A stretch of 64,000 bases of DNA from Alphaproteobacteria bacterium (GCA_017465405.1 JAFTWG010000013.1:7739-71738), one strand, 5' to 3'. Numbered from the stretch's first letter, positions 20,569 to 29,849 are shown. The notes: generated by a model from the sequence alone, not told the origin. Numbers and translations: made by a program.

Positions 20569-21417
20569 TTATCCTCTATAAACTGGTATTTTGCAAATTT
20601 TGATAATTGTGTGGTTGTTTTTAGTTGTTTTTTTGCTGTATAAGAAATGGTAACAACGGCAAGCATTCATAAATAAAACAGAAAAAATATCATTTTTTTG
20701 TGGAAATATTTTCTCATTTTGCAGTGTTACCAATGCACCGAAAACTCGCTCAAATATGTGGGCGAGAGCATTGCCTTGCGATGTTTTTCCGGTTGCCTCA
20801 AAGCTGTCTATCGTGTATCCTGCATCTATAATCGGTTTTAGCAATTTTGTACGCATCATAAACATTGTGCCGGCTACAAAAGTCAGTTTTTTGGGAATCG
20901 AAAATCCTAAACTTTTAATTGTATCGTTTACTTTATCTAAAATATTAGTATAGCTATCTGTTGATGATGTTACCAAATGTTTTGAGCCAATCATTCCGAT
21001 TTTTTCGTTGTTTTCAAACTTTTTAATGTTATCAGCAAAAATCTTTGGAGTGCCAATTAATGCTTCAACAAGCAAGGGCATCCAACATTTACGAGAAATC
21101 CAAACCCCATTTATTTTATCACCATTATTTAAGATTGTATTTTTAGTATGAATTTTTAATACATAGTCATAACTATCTATGTCAACATTGTTCAAAACAT
21201 GAATAAATGGGCCTACATCATAACCTTTATTAGGTACAATCAATATGTTAGCATTAGGAAAGCGAGATAGTATCTTTTGTTCCACTGCATCATTTTTTTC
21301 GACCATTGTAATATATAGGTCATAGCTAACAGATTGAATGTTAGACAATTTTTCAATGAAATAGTCTAATTGATCAATGTAATATAAATGCAAATGTACG
21401 AGTAGTGTTTTCTTCAT
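20569..21417 (-). CDS. RgpF (rhamnan synthesis protein F)-family glycosyltransferase-like protein
   Basis: 282 aa. Similarity to the N-terminal domain of the 816-aa neighbour. C-terminal tag HTIIKICKIPVYRG. Confidence 0.6.
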   Translation of the reverse strand: MKKTLLVHLHLYYIDQLDYFIEKLSNIQSVSYDLYITMVEKNDAVEQKILSRFPNANILIVPNKGYDVGPFIHVLNNVDIDSYDYVLKIHTKNTILNNGDKINGVWISRKCWMPLLVEALIGTPKIFADNIKKFENNEKIGMIGSKHLVTSSTDSYTNILDKVNDTIKSLGFSIPKKLTFVAGTMFMMRTKLLKPIIDAGYTIDSFEATGKTSQGNALAHIFERVFGALVTLQNEKIFPQKNDIFSVLFMNACRCYHFLYSKKTTKNNHTIIKICKIPVYRG

Positions 21418-21531
21418 TTTACAACCTTTGTTATATATTCGGATAATAGAGCATATATTATTAAATTCAATAAAAAATTGTGCAATTTATTAAATTAAAC
21501 AAAAGATTGTATTATGTCTTTGAAAATAAAT

Positions 21532-21781
21532 CAATTTTAGGTTGTTGAAAAATATTTTTTCTAGTGTTTTTATGATCTGATTCAATTAAAAATAGATAGT
21601 TTTGTTGTATTTGCTTTTAGGTTGTGAATAATGCCGTTAATTCAACTAAAAAACAAAATTTATATAAATATTCAATTTCAGGTTGCAAAAGTTCTTTTTA
21701 CTTCCAAAATGTAATACAGAATGTTCAAATATTCTGATGACGATAATAAAAGTTTTCTACCAAATGCAATTTTTAGTTGTT
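21532..21781. repeat. four dispersed copies of caATTTyAGGTTGyrAA (at about 21532, 21613, 21673, 21767) plus three copies of ATTCAAyTAAAAA in the 356-bp intergenic region
   Basis: Read directly; spacing about 81, 60 and 94 bp. Lies upstream of the RgpF-like gene and at the 3' end of the preceding GT gene. Confidence 0.4.
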
Positions 21782-23569
21782 TTTTAGTTTTATTTTCAAT
21801 CCAAATAAAACGATGGTCGTTCTGTTGTTGTCTCTTTTAATAAAGAAAAATTTTTCCATTATTTTTTTAATTGGTGGTAATTTTTTGAGCCTTTTATATA
21901 GCGTAGGGTAGTGTTGCAATAGATTATTCATTGCAATATCATTGCCACCTTCGGAATTAATGGTATTCCATAATCCGCTTTCTTGAGTTCCGTCTATATA
22001 ACTTAAATTTCCGTGGTTTTTTATACATGTCCTGATTTTGGTTCCTTGGACAACCGCCATTGCCCAAAACCATAAATCATCGGTTGACGGGCAGATAGAC
22101 ATAAATATATCCGTTCTATTTACATCTTTATAAAGCGTTTTAGGAGGGAATAAGACAGTAGCTCCTGTTGTTGGCATAAGGTTGTATGAATGTGAACCAT
22201 ATTTTATGTTATTTATCCATTTGTTATATTTTTTTATCTTTTGGTTTTTATCAAATAAAATATAATGAGCTCTGCTGGAAATTATGCTATCAGGATACTT
22301 AAGATGTGATTTGTATAAATTTTTTATACAATCATGGTTATATATTAAATCGTCATCCGCCGTTATAATTACGGATTGTGGAAATTTATCCAATGCCGGA
22401 ATAAGTTTTTTATATGATTTGATGTTTTCGCACCAATATATTGAAAAGTTTATGTTTGTATCTGACAAATTCAGTAAATTGTCCGGTAAACCTTTTTCTT
22501 TATTGGGAAAATCGTCTTCGGATAACCACAATATTATATTATCGGGTTTAAGTGATTGATTTAAAAAGCTTTGTATCGCAATATGAACGGTATCTATCCT
22601 TGCAGTGTAAGATGTCAGAGATACAATGAGTTTATTTCCAATGTCTTGTATTGCTAATTTTTTAAAATCGTCCTTACACTCTTTGGACATTGTGTTATAA
22701 AATGCGTTATAATCGATTATTTTTCTTTGCTTAATTATTTGTAAATATTCGTTTTTTTCTCCATCTGAAAAATCGCCGCTTTTTATTTTATCTTCAATTT
22801 GTTTGTATACTTCAAATACCTTAAAATCATCTCGTGTTTTTAGTTTTTGAGTTTGTGAATTGTTACGAATGATATAGTTGTATTGGGCATTGTGTGTTAT
22901 TGCAATTTTTTTTGCATAGCATACGGCAACATCAGTGAAATAGTTGTCTTCTGCCGGATTTTTTATTTCTAAACAATTTATGTCGTATTTGCTTAAAAAT
23001 GAACGTTTATAAATTTTGTTCCAACTTATTCCTGAGGCGATGATTATCGCTCCTTTTTCACGAGATGTACGTAAAATTTTACTTTTAGATTTTATGCCGG
23101 TGTGTTTTTTATATTGTTTATTGTCTTCGCAAACTATGACATTATCGGTAGCAGAAATATCTGCATCGTGTTTTTTCGCTACTTTATATAAATCGGCAAA
23201 ATATGTTTCATTAATGCTGTCATCAGAGTCCATAAAACCGATATATTCTCCCGTAGCATATTTTATAGCAGTATTTCTTGCGGCTGCCGAACCTTGATTT
23301 TTTTGTTTGATAATTTTGAAACGGGTATCGTTTTGTGCGTATTGTTTCAGTATATCTGATGAGTTGTCTGTAGAGCCGTCATCAACGCATATAATTTCAA
23401 TGTCTTTAAGCGTTTGGGCTGTAAGGCTGTTCAGAGATTGTATCAAATATTCCGCAGCATTATAAATAGGAATGATAACAGATATTTTCGGTCTGTTATT
23501 GGTTTCATTATGTACGGTTATTTCTACGATATTTTCTTTTCTAAAGTCTTCAGCTGTCGAGTTAAGCAT
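21773..23569 (-). CDS. two-domain glycosyltransferase (N-terminal GT2 plus C-terminal nucleotide-sugar transferase-like domain)
   Basis: 598 aa. GT-A motif ICVDDGSTDNS...FMDSDD. C-terminal tag TTIVLFGLKIKLKNN. Confidence 0.7.
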   Translation of the reverse strand: MLNSTAEDFRKENIVEITVHNETNNRPKISVIIPIYNAAEYLIQSLNSLTAQTLKDIEIICVDDGSTDNSSDILKQYAQNDTRFKIIKQKNQGSAAARNTAIKYATGEYIGFMDSDDSINETYFADLYKVAKKHDADISATDNVIVCEDNKQYKKHTGIKSKSKILRTSREKGAIIIASGISWNKIYKRSFLSKYDINCLEIKNPAEDNYFTDVAVCYAKKIAITHNAQYNYIIRNNSQTQKLKTRDDFKVFEVYKQIEDKIKSGDFSDGEKNEYLQIIKQRKIIDYNAFYNTMSKECKDDFKKLAIQDIGNKLIVSLTSYTARIDTVHIAIQSFLNQSLKPDNIILWLSEDDFPNKEKGLPDNLLNLSDTNINFSIYWCENIKSYKKLIPALDKFPQSVIITADDDLIYNHDCIKNLYKSHLKYPDSIISSRAHYILFDKNQKIKKYNKWINNIKYGSHSYNLMPTTGATVLFPPKTLYKDVNRTDIFMSICPSTDDLWFWAMAVVQGTKIRTCIKNHGNLSYIDGTQESGLWNTINSEGGNDIAMNNLLQHYPTLYKRLKKLPPIKKIMEKFFFIKRDNNRTTIVLFGLKIKLKNN

Positions 23570-23694
23570 TTTTATACATATTTTCTAAAAAATTAACATA
23601 AACTTGTTACATAATATATTATTTTAATGTTAATTCAATAGAAAATAATTTTTTTATACTGATAAAATCCGATGTAAAACAGTTCTTTGCTTTT

Positions 23695-24495
23695 CTATTT
23701 ATTCTTAAGACGAAAAACGGGTATTTTACAAATTTTTATAATAGTATGTCCTGATGCGGTTTGTTTTTTATGATATAAAAACTTCTTGATAAACAGATGC
23801 AAATTTGAGAAATACAATTTTTTATGTTTTTTATAAATATATGCCTTGAGCTGTTTTTGAGTTTTTTTATTAATTCTAGTTATAAATGAGCCGTCTGTTC
23901 GTCTATAATAAAAAAGAACTTCATCAACTCGATGAAAGACTTTGTTGTCTTCAACAAAATTGAGCCAAAATTCCCAGTCTTCAAGACCTTTATTCATATT
24001 GATATCATAGCCGCCATATTTTTCAAAATCTGATTTTTTATAGAGGGCAGAGCATACGACTTTATTGTTAAATATCATATTTTGCTTGGTCGGGAGTTCT
24101 AACTCAAAACGTCCTGTTTTTTCGCCAAAAAAGTCAACTAACGAAAAAATGACATCGCCTTTTTTTTGTTCCATTGCTTCATATAGTTTGGCTAAACAGT
24201 CCGGAGATATTTTATCATCTCCGTCTAGTGGAAAAATATATTTTCCTTGAGCATTTTTAATACCGTTGTTGCGTGCGGTTACAAGTCTGCTGTTTTTCTG
24301 GTCCAACAGTTTGATTTTATCGCTTTTTTTAGTGTATTCTTTTATTATGTTTAACGAGTTGTCGGTTGAACCGTCGTTTACAACAATACACTCCCAATTT
24401 TCAAAAGATTGAGCCAAAACGGAATCAATACATTCTCCAATATATTTTTCTTGATTATAGCAAGGAATAATTACGCTTATTTCAGGTGTTATCAT
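23695..24495 (-). CDS. family-2 glycosyltransferase
   Basis: 266 aa. IVVNDGSTDNS and FPLDGDD motifs. C-terminal tag HTIIKICKIPVFRLKNK, and the DNA of this tail is about 80% identical to the tail of 20569..21417. Confidence 0.8.
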   Translation of the reverse strand: MITPEISVIIPCYNQEKYIGECIDSVLAQSFENWECIVVNDGSTDNSLNIIKEYTKKSDKIKLLDQKNSRLVTARNNGIKNAQGKYIFPLDGDDKISPDCLAKLYEAMEQKKGDVIFSLVDFFGEKTGRFELELPTKQNMIFNNKVVCSALYKKSDFEKYGGYDINMNKGLEDWEFWLNFVEDNKVFHRVDEVLFYYRRTDGSFITRINKKTQKQLKAYIYKKHKKLYFSNLHLFIKKFLYHKKQTASGHTIIKICKIPVFRLKNK

Positions 24496-25577
24496 TGTTT
24501 TATACTCGCTTTAAAAATTGTTATTCCGCAAAAATAAATTTTTGTTTTGTAAGGTGTTCTTTTTATTTTAAATAGTGGTATTCCCAAAAACTTTATGGTG
24601 GTTTTATCTCCTTTTTTTATAACTTTAGCAAAAGTTACAATTCCAAAAAATTTTATTTTTCGTATTTTTTTATCATTGTAATATAGTGCAGTTTCAAAGA
24701 TGTTGAATAACTCATCTGATAATGTTTCTTTTGCTGTTTTTGCAAAAAGTTGTTTTTGTTCTTCATTGCAGTGTAAAAGTTCGTTTAAAAATACTCCTCT
24801 TGCTTTACAGTGAAAGGTTGGAGAAAAAGTATCTAATAAATTATGTTTTTTTAAGTTATTTTTTAGGGCATTTAAGGCATAAATTCCGTTTATTGCTTTG
24901 GCTCCACGATTAGCGGAAATATTGTTTTTTTGATTGGTACGATAATGAACAAATTTTTTGTCTGTTATACTTATTGATTTTGCTAAAGTAAGCATTGTAT
25001 ATGTGAAAGTGACATCATTACAAGATGTTAAATCTTCGAAAAAAACAGCGTTTTCTTTAACCAGAGTTGCTTTAAACATCTTGTTCCAAGCACAAGCACT
25101 TGTCATTGTAAACAACTCTTCAGAATAGTTTTGCGGATTGATTGGAGACGCATTTGAGTATTTTGAGAGAATACTGGGCGGACAAACTGTTTTTCCCGTA
25201 GAATCATCAAAAATAGTGTTTTCGCAAATTGCAATGTCCGAATTTTCATTTATTATTTGGTTTAGCATTTCTTCGACCATATTAAGCTCAAAGAAATCAT
25301 CACAATCAAGAAACAACAGATAATCACCATTAGAATTTTCTATGCCTAAATTACGGGCTTTTCCTGCTCCGATATGTTCTCCGGATAATATTTTTATTCG
25401 CTTATCGTTTTCTTCATATTCTTTTAAAATAGAAAGAGAATTGTCGGTAGACGCATCGTTAATACAAATAATTTCAATATTTTTATATGTTTGATTGACT
25501 ATGCTGTCCAAACATTGTTTGAGATAATTTTCGGCATTGTAAACCGGCACAATTATGCTGACTTTTTTATTATTCAT
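24492..25577 (-). CDS. family-2 glycosyltransferase with triple C-terminal tag
   Basis: 361 aa. ICINDASTDNS...FLDCDD. C-terminal 50 aa carry three tandem tag copies (KIKFFGIVTFAKVIKK / TTIKFLGIPLFKIKR / KIYFCGITIFKASIKQ). ATGA overlap with the downstream gene. Confidence 0.8.
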   Translation of the reverse strand: MNNKKVSIIVPVYNAENYLKQCLDSIVNQTYKNIEIICINDASTDNSLSILKEYEENDKRIKILSGEHIGAGKARNLGIENSNGDYLLFLDCDDFFELNMVEEMLNQIINENSDIAICENTIFDDSTGKTVCPPSILSKYSNASPINPQNYSEELFTMTSACAWNKMFKATLVKENAVFFEDLTSCNDVTFTYTMLTLAKSISITDKKFVHYRTNQKNNISANRGAKAINGIYALNALKNNLKKHNLLDTFSPTFHCKARGVFLNELLHCNEEQKQLFAKTAKETLSDELFNIFETALYYNDKKIRKIKFFGIVTFAKVIKKGDKTTIKFLGIPLFKIKRTPYKTKIYFCGITIFKASIKQ

Positions 25578-25797
25578 ATCAACTTATTTCCCAGTGAAAA
25601 TTCTATGCGCCGTATGATAGAACATTTAAAAGTAAATTCAATAAAAAAATATGTTATAATAATGTGTACAATATCATTGAAAATTCGTGATATTTTTTTA
25701 TATCAAAAAATATAGCTGATAAAATGCTTCTGGGGGTTGCAGTTTAAATATTAATACCTATATATTAGAAGTAACATATATAAAGGACGTTTGAGTA

Positions 25798-28128
25798 ATG
25801 GATAATAAAGAAACTTTTCCCTTATTACCGCTACGTGATATAGTGGTTTACCCAAAAATGATTGTTCCGCTTTTTGTCGGACGAGAAAAATCAATAAAGG
25901 CCCTTCAGGCAGCTGTTGATACCGATCAATGTATCGTATTGGCTACCCAAAAAGATGCGGCAGTAGAAGATCCGAAAGAAGATGAGATTTTTAAGGTAGG
26001 AACTATCGGAACAATTGTTCAGTTAGTTAAACTTCCTGACGGAACGGTAAAAGTTTTAGTTGAAGGAACAGATAGGGTTTCTTTAGATGCCTTTGTTCCC
26101 AATGACGGTTTTATGGTGGTAGAAGTTACACGTCTGCTTGATGAAGAAGAACATGACATTGAAGAAGAAGCAATGTCTCGTGCTGTTTTGTCGCAGTTTG
26201 AAGAATATGTAAAATTATCCAAAAAAACACCACCGGAAGTGTTAATGTCTGTTACACAAATTGAAGATTTGAATAAACTTGCGGATACTATCGCTTCTCA
26301 TTTATCGCTGAAAATAGAAGATAAACAAGCTTTGCTTGAGTGTAAAACACTGAAAGCTCGTTTCCATAAGCTTTTGGAATTAATGGATTCTGAAATAACC
26401 TTGCTCGAAGTTGAAAATAAAATTAAGACTCGTGTAAAAAAACAAATGGAGAAGAGCCAAAAAGAATATTATTTGAACGAGCAAATGAGAGCCATTCAAA
26501 AAGAACTCGGCGACGGCGAAGAAGAAAATGAAATAGAAGCTTATATGAACAAAATTCATAAGACAAAGCTTTCTAAAGAAGCAAAAGAAAAAGCTTTATC
26601 CGAAGTTAAAAAACTCAAAAGTATGAGTAATATGTCAGCAGAAGCTACGGTTGTCCGTAACTATTTAGATTGGATGCTTGATATTCCATGGAAGAAAAAT
26701 TCTAAAGTTAATAAGGATATGAACAAGGCTTTAGCGGTTTTAGAAGAAGACCACTATGGTTTGGATAAAGTTAAAGACCGAATTTTGGAATATTTAGCAG
26801 TTCAATCACGTGCTGACAAAGTTAAAGGTCCGATTTTGTGCTTATACGGACCTCCGGGGGTAGGTAAAACCTCTTTAGGTCAATCTATTGCCCGAGCAAC
26901 CGGACGCAGTTTTGTACGTGCCTCTTTAGGCGGTATGAAAGATGAAGCGGAAATCAGAGGACACCGCAGAACATATATCGGTTCAATGCCAGGTAAAATT
27001 ATTAAAGGTATGAAAAAAGCCGGTACATCTAATCCGCTGTTTTTGTTGGATGAAATAGATAAACTCGGTAGCGATTGGCGTGGTGATCCCAGTTCGGCGT
27101 TGTTGGAAGTTTTAGATCCGGAACAAAATAATTCGTTCCAAGATCACTATTTGGAAGTTGATTATGATTTGTCGGATGTAATGTTTGTTACAACTGCCAA
27201 CAGTCTGGATATGCCTCGTCCGCTACTTGACAGAATGGAAATTATCCGTTTGTCAGGATATACGGAAGACGAAAAAATACAAATTGCCAAACGTCATCTT
27301 ATGCCGAAAATTTTCAAAGAGAATGCCGTACAACCGGAAGAACTGTTTATTACAGATGAAGCTATTCGTGATATTGTGCGTTATTACACGAGAGAAGCAG
27401 GTGTTCGTAACTTGGAAAGAGAAATTTCCAATATTGCTCGCAAAGCCATCAAGGCACTTTTGATGGATAAGAAAAAAGCAAAATTGCCGATTAAGGTAAC
27501 TGCTAAAAATCTGAATGACTATCTCGGAGTTCGCAAATTTAGCTTTGGCGAAGCAGAGCAAGAAGATCATATCGGTGTTACAACCGGATTGGCATGGACT
27601 GAAGTTGGTGGTGATATTCTGTTTATTGAGGCGGTTGATATGCCCGGTAAAGGTAAAGTTATGCAAACCGGAAAACTTGGGGAGGTTATGAAAGAATCTA
27701 TCGAAACCGCATATTCGGTGGTTAGAGCTCATGCTTCTCAGTTGGGTATTGCTGATGATGTATTCGAAAAAACAGATATCCATATTCACGTTCCCGAAGG
27801 AGCAACCCCCAAAGACGGGCCGTCGGCAGGTATTGCAATGTATACCACATTAGTATCCGTGCTCACCAAAACACCGGTTCGTAAAGATGTTGCCATGACC
27901 GGAGAGATTACATTACAGGGCAGGGTATTGCCAATAGGCGGATTGAAGGAAAAACTTTTATCTGCTTTGCGAGGAGGTATAAAAACTGTTATTATACCGA
28001 AAGAAAATGAAAAAGATTTGGTTGAAATCCCCGATAACGTGAAAGAAGGTCTGAAAATTATTCCTGTTTCTGAAGTAGGGCAGGTTTTGGAAATTGCTCT
28101 TCACAAGGAGTGTAATTTGAAAAAATAA
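25798..28128 (+). CDS. lon: ATP-dependent Lon protease
   Basis: 776 aa. LON N-domain, Walker A GPPGVGKTS, protease Ser-Lys dyad region (PKDGPSAGIAM). Confidence 0.95.
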   Translation: MDNKETFPLLPLRDIVVYPKMIVPLFVGREKSIKALQAAVDTDQCIVLATQKDAAVEDPKEDEIFKVGTIGTIVQLVKLPDGTVKVLVEGTDRVSLDAFVPNDGFMVVEVTRLLDEEEHDIEEEAMSRAVLSQFEEYVKLSKKTPPEVLMSVTQIEDLNKLADTIASHLSLKIEDKQALLECKTLKARFHKLLELMDSEITLLEVENKIKTRVKKQMEKSQKEYYLNEQMRAIQKELGDGEEENEIEAYMNKIHKTKLSKEAKEKALSEVKKLKSMSNMSAEATVVRNYLDWMLDIPWKKNSKVNKDMNKALAVLEEDHYGLDKVKDRILEYLAVQSRADKVKGPILCLYGPPGVGKTSLGQSIARATGRSFVRASLGGMKDEAEIRGHRRTYIGSMPGKIIKGMKKAGTSNPLFLLDEIDKLGSDWRGDPSSALLEVLDPEQNNSFQDHYLEVDYDLSDVMFVTTANSLDMPRPLLDRMEIIRLSGYTEDEKIQIAKRHLMPKIFKENAVQPEELFITDEAIRDIVRYYTREAGVRNLEREISNIARKAIKALLMDKKKAKLPIKVTAKNLNDYLGVRKFSFGEAEQEDHIGVTTGLAWTEVGGDILFIEAVDMPGKGKVMQTGKLGEVMKESIETAYSVVRAHASQLGIADDVFEKTDIHIHVPEGATPKDGPSAGIAMYTTLVSVLTKTPVRKDVAMTGEITLQGRVLPIGGLKEKLLSALRGGIKTVIIPKENEKDLVEIPDNVKEGLKIIPVSEVGQVLEIALHKECNLKK

Positions 28129-28140
28129 GGCAATAGCAAA

Positions 28141-28167
28141 CGGCAGAATAAAATCTGCCGTTTTTTG
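28141..28167 (+). terminator. lon terminator (cggcaga...tctgccg, T6)
   Basis: 7-bp stem plus T-run directly after the stop. Confidence 0.65.
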
Positions 28168-28419
28168 TTATATGAATCGAAATTTTAAGAATCGCTACAA
28201 GATAGACGAATCAAGCAATTAATAAAAATTATCATAAAAAATTGAATAAAAATTGTTGATAACCGAATTTTTTTGTTATTTTTGGGATTAAAATGTAAAA
28301 AAAGTGTTGGAAACCGCGGATTTTATTTGACTAATAATAAAAAACGTTCTTAAATTTTGATTGTAGCGAGGTTGTTCACTCGCCTTAGTAATTTAACTTT
28401 TATATAGGGAGTCCCTTTC

Positions 28420-28695
28420 ATGAATAAAAATGAACTCATTTCTAGCATTGCTAGCGCAACAGGTTTAACAAAAACTGATTCAGCTAAAGCTTTGGATGCT
28501 TTCATTGCTGCTGTAGCAAAATCTTTGAAAGCTGGCGAAGAAGTTCGTTTGGTTGGTTTTGGTACATTTGGTGTTTCTAAACGTGCTGCTACAACCGGTC
28601 GCAACCCACGCACTGGCGATACTATCAAAATCCCTGCACGTAAAGTTGCTAAATTCAAACCTGGTAAAGCTTTGCAAGAAGCTGTAAACAAATAA
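28420..28695 (+). CDS. hup: DNA-binding protein HU
   Basis: 91 aa; canonical HU/IHF fold signature ([40 protein letters not shown]). Confidence 0.9.
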   Translation: MNKNELISSIASATGLTKTDSAKALDAFIAAVAKSLKAGEEVRLVGFGTFGVSKRAATTGRNPRTGDTIKIPARKVAKFKPGKALQEAVNK

Positions 28696-28715
28696 TTTGT
28701 TTCAGGTATCAAAAT

Positions 28716-28746
28716 CAGAGGCGGTTATATTCCGCCTCTTTTTGTT
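28716..28746 (+). terminator. hup terminator (agaggcgg...ccgcctct, T7)
   Basis: 8-bp GC stem plus T-run. Confidence 0.65.
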
Positions 28747-28821
28747 TTTGTTGATTTTGAAATAAATATGTGTTAAATTCTGTTCCAATGAACCTTATTA
28801 TTCACTTTAAATCATTACACT

Positions 28822-29127
28822 ATGGAATGGATTTTTCTTATTCTTATTTCTCTGTGGATTGGTTTTTGCTGCTTTGGCATCGTAAATCCTCTGAGATTCG
28901 GTCTTGGTAAAGGTGAAAACACCATTTCAATTATCAAGAGTCTGTTGTTTGTTGTTCTGCTGGTCGGAACACTGGCTTGTCGCGAACTGTATCTGTTGGA
29001 TCTGATTTGCTATCTGGTTGCCGGTATTATCGGAGTTATTCTCGGCTGTATTCTAAAACCTGAGGAAGGCACGCCGCCGCCTGATGGTTGGAATCCTCCT
29101 ACTTGGCCACCACATGATGCGGATTAA
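28822..29127 (+). CDS. small integral membrane protein (101 aa, 3 TM) with Pro/Trp-rich tail PPPDGWNPPTWPPHDAD
   Basis: Flanked by terminators on both sides. About 45% GC and CTG-rich codons, unlike neighbours, so possibly foreign. Confidence 0.45.
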   Translation: MEWIFLILISLWIGFCCFGIVNPLRFGLGKGENTISIIKSLLFVVLLVGTLACRELYLLDLICYLVAGIIGVILGCILKPEEGTPPPDGWNPPTWPPHDAD

Positions 29128-29151
29128 CAGTTTTACCGTTCTAATCTTTTT

Positions 29152-29182
29152 CTACCTCCGGATAATTCGGAGGTATTTTTTT
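29152..29182 (+). terminator. terminator (acctccg...cggaggt, T7)
   Basis: 7-bp stem plus T-run. Confidence 0.6.
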
Positions 29183-29231
29183 GACAATAACAGTATTTGT
29201 GGTAGGATAAAAAAGTTGGAGGAATGATAAA

Positions 29232-29561
29232 GTGGAAGAACAAAAAACAGAAACGACATCGGTGATAAAAAAAATTGATAAGAAAAAGATTTTTCTTTTT
29301 ATTGTAGGGTGGTTTACGGTTCCATGGTTAACCGGCGGTTGGCTTTATGAAGTGTTAGGAACGGCAGATTTTAGCGAAATATGGCATAAAATTACTAATC
29401 CGAGTGAATGGCTCGATGTTTTTACAATTTATACTATTGCATTTTTGACCTTTGACTATTTGCCGGATAGATTTAATCAGCAAAAATGGTGGAAAAAATT
29501 CTTTTATTTTGTGTGTTATTATTTTATTTTGCTAAAAATAGCCGATGTTTTGTTCGGGTAA
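29232..29561 (+). CDS. small membrane protein (109 aa, 2-3 TM), GTG start
   Basis: GGAGG RBS 11 nt upstream of GTG. Hydrophobic segments; Trp-rich. Confidence 0.4.
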   Translation: MEEQKTETTSVIKKIDKKKIFLFIVGWFTVPWLTGGWLYEVLGTADFSEIWHKITNPSEWLDVFTIYTIAFLTFDYLPDRFNQQKWWKKFFYFVCYYFILLKIADVLFG

Positions 29562-29626
29562 CTCATTAATAAAACACAATATTTGTAAAAAAATGAAAAA
29601 AAATAAAAAAAAATGAATTTTTTACT

Positions 29627-29654
29627 TGATTTATTTTTTATTATTAGTTATAAC
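29627..29654 (+). promoter_or_regulatory. tRNA promoter TTGATT-N16-TATAAC
   Basis: Positioned about 19 nt upstream of the mature tRNA 5' end. Confidence 0.4.
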
Positions 29655-29672
29655 ACTCCTTGTTAAACGAAT

Positions 29673-29748
29673 GGGAGTTTAGCTCAGCTGGAAGAGCATC
29701 TCGTTTACACCGAGAGGGTCGGGAGTTCGAACCTCTCAACTCCCACCA
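29673..29748 (+). tRNA. tRNA-Val (anticodon TAC), CCA encoded
   Basis: Cloverleaf folded by hand: 7-bp acceptor stem, D-arm GCTC/GAGC, anticodon stem TCTCG/CGAGA with loop TTTACAC, 5-nt variable loop, T-arm GGGAG-TTCGAAC-CTCTC, discriminator A plus CCA. Confidence 0.9.
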
Positions 29749-29755
29749 GTTAGAA

Positions 29756-29784
29756 AGCCCTGCAGAAGATGCAGGGTTTTTTGT
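29756..29784 (+). terminator. tRNA terminator (ccctgca...tgcaggg, T6)
   Basis: 7-bp stem plus T-run. Confidence 0.6.
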
Positions 29785-29792
29785 TATGTTCA

Positions 29793-29820
29793 GAGAGGTT
29801 CAAACTCCCTCGGGAGTTCG
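29793..29820. repeat. tRNA-derived fragment: inverted 17-mer copy of the tRNA-Val T-arm (gagaggttcaaactccc, 16/17) followed by a direct copy of GGGAGTTCG
   Basis: Direct comparison with tRNA positions 29721-29737. Confidence 0.4.
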
Positions 29821-29849
29821 GTCGGTTTGTAACGTTTTGTTCAAATAAC

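Noticed and set aside
28350-28712. 120-aa minus-strand ORF overlapping hup
   Set aside because: Antisense to a highly conserved HU gene that has a strong promoter, RBS and terminator. No independent signals.
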